DNA from: Perkinsus olseni
Lineage: Eukaryota
Reading direction: 5' to 3'
DNA length: 61,724 bases
Assembly (NCBI GenBank): GCA_013115125.1
Contig: JABANN010000147.1
Span: forward strand, 1 to 61,724
Shown: in pieces, positions 51,618 to 61,724 of the stretch
How the letters are laid out: every line of letters begins with the position of its first letter
How positions within the stretch are numbered: the stretch's first letter is position 1
Notes under the pieces: generated by a model
What the model was told of the DNA's origin: nothing
Database searches by the model: none
What the model saw: only the letters and a program-made list of their open reading frames with translations
Position numbers and translations under genes: made by a program

Positions 51618-52842
51618 TTTCTCATATCCTATTTGCATGAGTTTTATAGGGCCGTTCTCGGGCGGAGTTTCCATGGTTAAAGCACTCTGGGCTGATGAGT
51701 CTTGGGGGAGCCGTTTCGCGAGAACATCGAGGCAGCGACAAGCGTCGCTCCTCCATTGAAAACCGCTGTTTTGTTCCCCGTCAACAGGCTGGAAGCTCTC
51801 GCCGACTTCTCCGGCTATCGACGGCTCGATGGTAAGGGTTCTCTCCACTACCCACCAGCTCATCGCGTCACCTGGGGTCAGTCACCGAGAGTTGTGAGTG
51901 ATGGCTTAGCATACAACGCGATGAGCGTAACTGTTACGGTGATTGTTGTGCTATAAGTATATCGGAGGTCCTCGTTGTTCGTTGTTTAATACATCCGAAC
52001 CGCCCTTCTCTAATGCTGTGCTTGTTGCCGAGTAGCGACGCGGTTTCACGTTCGGACATGGGCAATCGAGGCTTCTTCAACTCCGTCAAGCCAGCAAGAC
52101 CGGTGCTCCTTCCATCCTGGAAGTTCCATGCCTTGCATTCATACAGTGTTTTCCTCTATTAGAGAGCATTTTAGAGACGGCCGGCAATTTGAGAAAGATT
52201 TACATACGTGTGGACCGCTGAGACCTCCGAAGCATACGATTCTATAGTGCACGCCAGCCAAGGGGGAAACTCTCATGAACAAATACGATAGCTCCGACGA
52301 GCGGGCGAGTCGCCTACAAGATCGGTAATCCAAGGCGCCACCACGCAGGATGCATCTGTACGAGCATACTTGGCCAACCTCGATATTTGTTCGATGCCAC
52401 TTCGCTGAGGTAAGCTTGAGCGCAGGAGCCGGCGGTGATCACTACGGCGCGGTAACCTGTCGTTAATCGCGATCTGACGATGTGGCAGCTGAGTTCGGAC
52501 TACGATTACACCATCAATTAAACTCGAGAGAGGATGCAGCAATGGGCGGTGCAATAGTCCCCATAGAACACTGTAGAGCACTGGTAGTGCTGAGTGGCTA
52601 CGAGAGCTAAGTGGTGTTGACTCTCCATTTCGGAGCCCTAGGGTTAAGTCCTGATGTTTTTGAAGATTCTGCAATTTACTTCGAAACGTTCATCTAAGGT
52701 GTTCACCCCCTTTCTCGGTTTGTCACTTCACTTGGATGCTCTGAGCATCATGCGCATATACTGCTGATCTGCGAATTTCCTATGTATGCGACGCATACTA
52801 CGCGTGCGCGAAGGGTCGCATGATTAATCATTGTAATCGGAA

Positions 52843-52864
52843 TAGTGGCAGCCACTAAGTGGCT
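52843..52864. repeat. Perfect 22-nt scar, X=tagtggct
   Basis: tagtggc agccacta agtggct read directly. Confidence 0.9.
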
Positions 52865-53366
52865 CTGCTATTCTGGTTGCACCGTCTATCAGTAGGCTAT
52901 CTACGTATTCTTCTCTATCTCTGAATGAATATTATTCCCTCGATGTAAATCTTCATGACTTTTTCTCTGCAAGTACATTCTATTGGATCTGTTATTTCAT
53001 TTCTTTTTTTCTTCGATCATTCTAGTACTGTTACTAGCGCTATTCCTATTACATTCTATTTCTATCACTCGCAACACGTCTAACGATGGGTATACAAATG
53101 GAAAAGGGTTGGCCACGCAATGGTGGTTGTTCTCATCAAGACATCATTGAAAGACTATGAGTCGTATACGACAATAATTGCACTACGGAGCCGGCAGAAT
53201 CACACTGAATAACTGGTGACGACAGAAATAAAGACTTCAAGAATCGAACTATGTATGATTACGACAATTACGGTGGTTGAGCAAAACTAGCCGATAGTTC
53301 AAAGAAGGACGGGCTCGATTCGACATAGATCATGTGAAAAATAACAAAAACTAATGTGGATCCATA

Positions 53367-54196
53367 TCAGACTGTGAACTCGAAAACGGGAAAGCGGTTG
53401 TTGTAGGCGATGCGCAAAGCGTCCATTCTACCATGGGTACCAATATCCACGTACCCGGTACAATGCCAAGGCTGGAACGCTTTGGTACTACGCACGAGAT
53501 CTCCGGTGAACACTATGCCAGATTCCCAGGCACCAATTGTTCCTTCTGCAAAGACAGTTACCACGAGCGAATGCCATCCATCCGTCGTATCCACAGAAGC
53601 ATAGGCAGTGCCATTGGACTCCGCCCTCACGGTGCCGAAGAAAGGGACTGTCACTCTGGTTTTCAGGAATACTAGGAATGTGATCTCCTTCCCATGATTG
53701 AAATCGTACCCGTCGGTCTTCGAGAAAGTCGGAATGGAGAGCTCTACGCCGACCGAGATCCCAGCTGGCAGATTGAAGAGCCAGATAGTTTTGCCATCCG
53801 CCCAAACACCAACATCGACTGGGCTTGAGTTAGACGCCAGCATGACCGCCAATTCCAGAGTAGCGAACCCAGTGTACCCAGAATTATTCGAGGCCATAAG
53901 TACACCCGCGTTAACTTAGTGAGGGCCCTTCAAAACATACCCGCAATAGCTCTTTCCCTGGAAACCCGCGCCTGGGGACAAACAACCTGGGGGTTTTCAG
54001 CCACAACTGGCAAATGTAGAGAACGGAGTTCAGGGTCCTGGATAGGGTTGGCAATGGTACCATCCATCTCGAGGGCAGCAACGCAGACCGAAATAACCAC
54101 TTGGATCAAGACAATGTAGAGAACGATTATACCTTTCCAACCCTTTGTGTTCGAGGCGCCCTCGCAAGTGAACCTGGCTCCGATAGCAGTAGTCAT
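53367..54196 (-). pseudogene. Multigene family copy 3 with frameshift and nonsense codon
   Basis: Full-length homology to copy 1; 1-nt deletion around 53989-53997 (GAAAACCCCCAGGT, one base short) and in-frame TAA at 53916-53918 where paralogues have CAA. Confidence 0.8.
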
Positions 54197-55488
54197 CAGT
54201 CCAGTATGGTAAAGTATGGGAGCTCGCCCATCGAATGGCTATGGCTATGAATGGTGGTTTTGACCCCGTCAGACTTACGCACAAGCCGTTCAGGATTGTA
54301 CAACCCCCACAACGGTAACCAGAATATCACAATGACCACGAAGCAGGCCAGCCGGGAACTGGGCAGTTGGAGACGCTTTTACACCCGAGTGATACTTCAG
54401 GGGCACACACCTATAACTCATAGTGATTGCGAATGACTGTCGGACTGCTTCTGAGAGGAGCCTCACGTGAGACGAGCATTGTGAGTGTGACACAATTTTT
54501 GGGACAACGCACAGGAGGGAAGCAAGTAGGGGTTTTCGGAATGGGTTCGAAGAGACGAAGCTTGGTGAAAGGAGTCTCCTCTGAGGAGGGTCCTCAGAAA
54601 AAAAGTGTGAAAAAAACTGCCACGGGAGCAAAATCGACTCCTCTGCATGAGGGAGGAGGGTTGAGCTGCACATGATTATTGCGTCGATGCGCCCGGTGAG
54701 TACGTGCGCACTGTAGTGGCAACTACCTTCATTGCTGCTACGTACCCACCTTGCTCTTCGTGCGCCTTTGCACGTTATACGTATCGTTATTCGTGCCCTC
54801 GTTCGTCCCAGTGAACACGTGCATTTCTCGTCAAGCTATGGAACATACGTTCACCCTAGATCCAACAACTAGATCAGTTTTCCCGAACTCCTCTCGAGTC
54901 CGGTTCCACCTTTCTTTGAGCCCCGTCTCAAATAGCCACACTGTACTGAGTTATATAGTGCACGTGCATGCGGGCTCATCAACGAGCGCCGACTCATTCT
55001 GTCTCATCTTCGCGCCGACTTCGACTTCGCTCTTGCGACTGAGAACTTGAACTATTCCCACTATCGTGAAATGAACCCGGGAGGACGTGGCATGCTCAGT
55101 GGTCTCAAAACAGAGAGTCTTCATCAGACTATGATAATGTGATCGAGGAGTCGTCGCCAGAAGATCTTTCGCTATCCGTTGGAGTGCGTGTCGGGCAGGT
55201 CCAAGCCCCAACTCTGCCATAGGAGTGACAAAAGACATGGCACGTCACGTCGCATTTGTTGAACCACCGCAAGTCGATTTCAGTCCCAGCCCACTAAAGT
55301 TTTCGTCTAGATGGTGAAGGCTTGGAGCCCTAGGCTTCACCGTGAAGCTGCTGATTCGACGTTAAAATTTCGGGCGGAGTGAGGGAAGAGAATGTAACGT
55401 TGCGGTTCATTCAATTCTCCGAAAATAAAAGTAGTCTGAAGTCCCTTACTGAAAAACAAGAATACTAACAGTGAGAAACATCGTACAA

Positions 55489-57412
55489 TTATTGAACACC
55501 AATGTTATCTTCGCTATGCTGGACCTCCGACATTTCCACATCAACAGACTCGGGGCTCGGACTGATCTCTCCTGCTCTTGCTGGCTCCGTAGCTGCAGTC
55601 CTCTCAGAGGGAGGCTTCACCGCCCACCACCCCATTGCGGCACTTGCAGTGACTACCATACGCGATCTGAAAATGTGGCAGCTGAGCTTGGGCCCCCATT
55701 GGACCATCAAACCAACCTGGGAGAAAAAGCAGCGATCGGCGGTGCAGCCTGTCCCAGTAGGGCCCGGTCGAGCACCGCAGAAGTCTCACCCTTGGCCATG
55801 TCAAGGAACCTGCTCACGACCTCAGTTGCGGACCGTGAGTGCTAAGTTGGGTCTCTACTCCTACCGAACCTCATTCTTTTCGCTAGATCGAAATCGCTTC
55901 ATGAGGGGCTCCCCAAAGACGACATATCTTCCACAGGGACTGTAGCTGGGTTTCAACGTTGGCACGAACACCTGACTCCGCTCTGACGGTATCTGATGGG
56001 CAATCTCAGCCACGAAGGGGAAGCTAGGAGCTCACATGCCGAGCGGAGCTGGCGAGGGCGTGGCCTAGATTATCGGGCGGAATGTAAAGGTTCCTGTCAC
56101 GATCTCTGGCGTGCATGCCCGGCGGCTGTTTCACGTTGCACACGAAGGCGGTGACCTGAGCCGACTCGGGTGCCCTCAAGCTCGACGCTCAGAGACCCAC
56201 CGTCGGCCTCCCTGTGAATGTGTCAACAGCAGTAAGCTCCATCTCCGCTCCGCCGGATACTGTTGTTACTAGAACGTGCTTTCCATCTGGGGCATACGTG
56301 AGCTCCTAAGACGAATGACGATGGACTCTAAAGGTCATCCTGAGGCCTCTCACAGTAGGGTACAACACTTCTGTCCGACCAGCGTTATGCTCACTGCCGG
56401 CTGTAAGCGACATGAACGGTTGGAACGTCCGAAGGTCGTACAGGTGAACCTGGCAGGTTGACTCAGGCGGATCTTAGGCAGTGATCAATTACGACGCCAT
56501 TGCCGAGTGCACTAGCTGCGGCGAAGACCACTGACCCAGGTGAGCTCGGGTCAAACGCTACACTCGCTACAGTACGGTGGCCGCCGTCATCGGGGGCCTC
56601 GCCAGGGACGCTTGTTAGTCTCTGAAGTGCGAGAGGCTCCTCGAAGAGCAGCGAGGGTTTGCCCTACTGCGCTGTCCTTCATAGCTTCAGGCATTCGAGT
56701 GTCCCACAGGTTTAGGTGGCCGTCGACCGTAGTGAAGATGGCCTGTAGAAGGCGCAAGTGCGCGCCTGCGAGAGCAGTCCACGTAGCCTAGTACCAGGTC
56801 TGTGCTTGGATGGACGTCCAGTGTGTGCACCGGTGATTTCCGTCCCTTGAAAACTCTTGTGAATTTATTCTCAGTAAAGTCCCACAGCCTCACAGAACCT
56901 AGAATGAGAGTGAACGCGACTCCCACCTCCCACTGCCTACAGTCCCAGTTGACGTCCCCGCAGGCTATGCCAGTCTCCCACTTATACGAGTGCATGAACT
57001 TCACATGTCGGACGCCGTACTTGTGCGAGTGGAGGATCCGCACCGACTGAGAGCGAGGAAAACTCAAGCACGTTTGCCACCCCGGAAGGTCCATCCAACT
57101 CCCAATTTGGCGTGCAGCAGAGCTACGCTGGTCGGAGTAGACTACTACTACTGCTGCTGATGATGCTTACGTTGTTTAATGTGTCAGTATCATAAATTCG
57201 CACCGTTTGATCCGATGAGCATGTCGCCAAGTAGCGGCCTGAGGTAGTATGAGGAAGGGTGCCAGTCGGGCCATTGCCGGCCTACCAGACGCTGAGAAGC
57301 TCATGGAGGTGATTGGTCGGTCATTGTCTTTGTACACATGAGCAAGGTCGAGGTTGCTGATGTCTTGTTCCGTCCATGATACGCTGGTGCTGGCGTCCGG
57401 ATCGGAGGGCAT
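55489..57412 (-). CDS. WDR82: WD40 protein WDR82/Swd2-like
   Basis: YKDNDRPITSMSFSASG|RYLATCSSDQTVRIYD...ILHSHKYGV...VRLWDFTENKFTRVFKG matches the Swd2/WDR82 N-terminal pattern. Confidence 0.8.
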
Positions 57413-57661
57413 GGGGGACAACCTAAGGCTCCTGCAATTCCCACTCTCAATACCTACTCCCTTCCTGGTGAAGGCCCTCGGCTTCGAGGTCCTGCCAGGG
57501 TCCGGCTGCCAACTCCAGTTCGGCGTGAGTCGTCCTAGTTAAATGGCTCTTGCTGGATGAAACCCCAGAAGGACTCCCGCCAGGCCTCAAACTCAACATG
57601 CATCTTGCAATGTCCAAGATATCATGAATTCAGTACAGTCAATTTGAGTATGCCGTTTTAC

Positions 57662-60600
57662 TCAGAATGCCCAAATATCCGACCCGTCAGAAGCATCGCC
57701 TTCTGGGGCGGCAGCGGGCCCACCAACAATCTTCCCATCACAGTCTTCCTTTGGACTACCGCGTGCTCCGACGAGCCCCTCGAGCTTCATCCCGCTCTCA
57801 GACCGCTGAGTGGAGGGCACCTTGTGAACGCTGGAGATGTCGTCGGAGTTAGTGTCCGCTGCATCAGCTGTGGCAGCCGCTCCTGAATGCCACGAGGCAG
57901 CAGTCGAAAATTTTAACAAGGAAGAAATCCTAGCATCACCTCTCTCCACGGCAGGACGGTCATCAGGCCCTTCATGCAACGTTACGGACTGGCCGTGTGT
58001 CTCTTCTTCCTCGAAGTCGTCAGCGTCGTAGTCCTCTTCTTCACACTCTCGACCCTTGCTTCTCCCCAGGAGATCGCGAAGCTCGGCCATTTCCAGAATA
58101 TTGAGCTCCTCGGTTTGGAAGTAGCTCTGCCAGTTTGTGACCTTCTTGGCGATGAGTTCCTTCTTGATCCTGAAGGGATATCGAGGCAGCGGCGGCACTG
58201 CGGTCTCATCTCACTTCACAAGAGCCCTCTCCCTAGCTCTCTCCTTGGAAGCATCCAGCGTTACTCGGTCCATGAGAAGGGGCTGTCGACTAACCCTCTC
58301 CAGCATACGTTTGACCTCCCGTCGCCAGTCAGCCGCCGCCCTGATCCCCACCACAGCTTCCTCGTTGCCAACCCCACCTCCACTACCGAGCCTGCTGCTT
58401 CTTCCGCCTGTTGAGCTCCTCGGACCCTACCGGCTTGGCAGGCGGGCCGACTGCGTGATGGACCCTCGTCTAAGCGTGCAGCTCCATCTCAATGTAGTGC
58501 CAGGTTTTCACTCACATGCAGAGGCGACTTTGGCCGCACCGTCTGCCCCTTCTCTGCCGCTTCTCGAGCTTCCTTCTCGGCCTTTAGCTTCTCCTGCCGT
58601 TCTATCTCCCTCTTCCGGTCTCGTTCAACGAAGCTCGGTGGACCAGTCACCCTGAGGGAGCCCACTCGACGCATCCTCAACAGTAAATTACTTCTTCCGT
58701 GCAGGCCCCTTGGGAACTTCCTCGTTCTCGCTGTGAGTTTTAGCTTCATCCCTAGAAACGGTGAATGAGAATGGCACGGGCTTTGTGGCCTTCCGAGCCA
58801 GCGCCTGTTTTGCGAGGAAGCGTTCGCTACCCATCCCGATCGGCGCCGCTATTACCTGCTTTCTTCGGCTGAGCTCCTCCTGGTCCTTCTTGTGAAGAGC
58901 CTTGAAGTTCGGTACGGTACAACTCAGTCGAGGATACGACGCCGAGTACTCAGTAATGGGACTGGGAGGTCGTCTCTCTGACCCACTCCGGCTGGTCTTC
59001 AGGGCCTTAGTGAGCACTCTGAGTGTCTGGCTGTCGCCGCTGCAGGCAGTCCTCGAGCTCAGTAGCCTGGGCGGTTGGTACAGCGGAGGTCTCCGCCCCT
59101 CAGGCCCCCTACACCTCCCTTCCATCTGTGGCATCTCCTCGCCTAGAGGCGTCCTGTCTAGCCTGCAGACGGGGAGGCAGTGAAGATGTCCGATGGAACT
59201 CGGCCTGAAGGAGGTGAGGCCTGGCACTCCCTTCAAGCATCCCACACCACTACTTCCCTGTCCGCCCGTTTCTTGTCCCTCGTCCTAGCCTTGGTTGACA
59301 TCATCGACTTATACATGTGGGCCGACACTATCCAGGGCACTGGGCGGGCAGTGAACGGCCTAAGGTCACCAGTGGAAGGCGGATGAACCGAGTTAACGAG
59401 AACGACTGATATTAGAAATCTACATAAGTAAGGGACGAAGGATGACCACTTACCTCGGGGGGTCGCTTCGCCTCTCCAAAAGAGGACCCCGAGTGCTCCT
59501 ATCGAAGCTTGCCGACATGGAAGCAGCCAAGGTAGTGTCTGGCCTCCGAGGCCTCGTCTTAGTGTTCCCCAGCCTATGACGGACCTCCTGCTCCGCCACG
59601 TGCGTCTGACCGGGACGTACAGAGGGAGAGCCTCCACTGCGACCTACCTGATGGCTGCCTACTACTATCGGAGCGAAGGTACCCGGTGGGCCACCCGAGG
59701 TAACTGTTCTAACTCTCGGCAACTTTCTGGCTTTGAAAGACGCACTAAAGCCATCATCGAGTAAGCTAGCCGTCCCGGTGTGTGGACTCACCTGTTAGAG
59801 TGCTCCGCCGAAGATGGCTCCCGGTCGCTCTCGAGGCTGGCCAGCAACTTCTTATGCGATTTCCTCGTCTCTCGCTGTATCATCGACGGTCCCACTGGCA
59901 CGGCAGTCTCCGCTGTACTCGTAGCAGAATGCGACCTCAGGTGGGGGGCTCGCACTGTCTTCGGGCGGATCCGGGCTGAAGCTGTCTTCTCTGGCGGCCT
60001 TGGGGTCTGACTCCTCGTCCGGGGAAGGTCGCCCTTGTGGCCTTCAAGAAGGAGCTCGTAGACGTCCCGCTTCGGCTCTTCTTCAACCGCCATCTCAGGC
60101 GGTGTCGTCCACTCACTCCGACTGGAGGCTACAAAATGCCGAGGAGGCATATCAATCGGCGGCACGTATCCCTCTCCTCCATCAACCTGATTGAGCCCCC
60201 TTGACAACATTCAGTGGATGCTCGTCGTCACTTGTCGTGCTCCATCAATCGCCAGCGAGGCACTCGAGGCAGCGGCAAAGGCGCTGGCTACCGCCGGCTC
60301 TATGGTGTCCCGGAGGAAGGGGTGGACGGCAGAGACTGACTCCGAATGAGCTGGGCCTGCGAGTATCGAGGTCCCAGCGAGTAAAGTGCAATAACCCTAC
60401 TGGGTCCGCGCACTGCCGAGGGACTGTCATCTTCCCTGGTAGGCCCCAGTGATTCATATTGCTTTACGTCATAGGCTAAGGCTGGGGGAGGAGACTCAAC
60501 CCGCTGCTGGGGACCTGCGGTTGGGAGCTGTGGAGCGCCGGTCGGTGCCTACCCCGTAGCAGCACCTGGGTACTCAATACCAGTAGGAGCAGTAGAGGAG

Positions 60601-60689
60601 GGAAGTGGTTTGGATATCCGGTTCCAGACCGCTTTGAGGACATCAGCCCAGGTGATCGTCTCACCCAATATAGCTGCTAGCTCGGGCAT
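57662..60689 (-). CDS. FAM161/UPF0564-like centriolar/ciliary protein
   Basis: FKARKLP, PFTARPVPWIVSAHMY, VPNFKALHKK...LSRRK, TKPVPFSF motifs with charged coiled-coil segments. 5' end uncertain. Confidence 0.65.
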
Positions 60690-61002
60690 GACATACCTTA
60701 ACAGGGTAGACACTTGTTAATGGCCATAGCCTGATGAAGGTGTGCGAGGAGACCGACGATGGACCGGTAGAGGGGGGGGGGCGAAAAAGTCTACAAACCC
60801 CGACCAGATTCTGGTTACCGGGAATCACTGCAGCGGCAGATTCTCAAGTGCGAATTTTCGATGATTCTGTCGAATTCGAACCTCAATAGGAAATAGATTG
60901 GGTGGCGTTGCCGAACCCCGACCCGCGACTCCCTATTTCCAATACACGAGGCAACGCCATGAAAGAGTCCCTCGAGCCAGCAGACGAGCTTTCCTCCCAA
61001 TA

Positions 61003-61359
61003 CTACGCCCAAGGGTCCGAGTCGCCCCCTGGTTGCCCATCCCTCGCCCTCCTCTTCATCATGGGGTTCGTGTGCAGGGCCTTGGACAGGGACGGCTTGG
61101 CGTGGAGATGCCGAATGAATTCAGTCTTTCGGACAGCTCCTCGACTCTGCGGTTGGACGGTCGCCGAGTCCCTCTATGCGTCTCAGCTTACTGAGTTGTA
61201 GCAGTGATAATAAACGTCCAGTATGTGCTTAAGCGTGTCCATGTCGAGCTTCGGCGCTAGGGGATCCAAATGGCTCAGTGAGGACTGCAATTCTCCCCTT
61301 TCCGCTGCGGTAATGGCCGCTGAGAAGCAGCCCTCCGGGTCAGCCTGCTGGTCGGACAT
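61003..61359 (-). CDS. Small two-exon hypothetical protein (about 100 aa)
   Basis: MSDQQADPEG...YHCYNS|SRGAVRKTEF...DPWA* joined by one gtaagc...cag intron of typical length. Confidence 0.5.
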
Positions 61360-61724
61360 GAAGCTATAGAACGCTTTCCCCCTCTCTCATTATTAACTGA
61401 AACACAACCGAAGGAGATGCCTCCAGCATTGGAAGTACTAGCATGAGGTCCAGTTGGTAAGAGGAGAATACGAGTTCACCAAGTCTCAAGGTTAATTGCC
61501 AAGAGAGGCAGTGTGGCTGGGTGATGAAGATCATGAACTTTGTAGTGAACTAATGGACGGCTGTGTAAGGCGAGTCGGATGCCCAAGCCAGGGCTGACAG
61601 CTCGAAACCGAACCGGAGCGATGGCAGTGCTGTGCAGTGGGGATCGCACGCTGACAGTGGGTACCCTTCTTGGACTTAGGATCCACTGTGTGGTCACCCT
61701 CGTACTCGCTAACACTACTCTTCG

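Noticed and set aside
53989-53997. Programmed frameshift at the C-run in family copy 3
   Set aside because: A separate in-frame TAA follows, so pseudogenisation is simpler; Perkinsus-type frameshifting is a mitochondrial phenomenon.
54580-54604. Hairpin plus A-run resembling a bacterial intrinsic terminator
   Set aside because: Eukaryotic context, the run is on the wrong side for either strand, and the hairpin fits the degenerate scar geometry.
41544-55348. CRISPR-like or shared-sequence repeat array explanation for the palindromes
   Set aside because: The units share no sequence and are irregularly spaced; only their geometry is common.

Overview
Gene-dense eukaryotic nuclear DNA with many short (mostly about 40-60 nt) GT-AG introns, very short intergenic gaps and long same-strand gene blocks. 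The architecture suggests a perkinsid alveolate (Perkinsus-like); this is an inference from sequence style, not a database match. After manual splicing I recognise about 24 genes or pseudogenes: aldo-keto reductase, cytochrome-b5-fused front-end desaturase, transportin-SR, TELO2-like, two tandem IMPACT paralogues, importin-9, an SLC35A nucleotide-sugar transporter, EDEM-type GH47 mannosidase, IMP3, CCA-adding enzyme, DNA polymerase theta, WDR82/Swd2, FAM161-like and several hypotheticals. Two gene-poor islands (about 40.7-46.1 kb and 51.6-55.5 kb) flank the Pol theta gene and carry an intronless secreted/membrane multigene family (one intact, two decayed copies). Main unexpected signal: both islands contain many 22-nt scars of one fixed geometry, X[1-7] + revcomp(X) + X[2-8], where X is a different 8-mer each time (4 perfect, 7 with one mismatch, plus degenerate and nested cases). 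This geometry is what hairpin-mediated excision of an 8-bp-TSD (hAT-type) transposon followed by microhomology joining would leave. Second signal: the long introns I examined all contain stems that would fold them towards the usual short length. Exon boundaries were read by eye and gene ends of hypotheticals are approximate.
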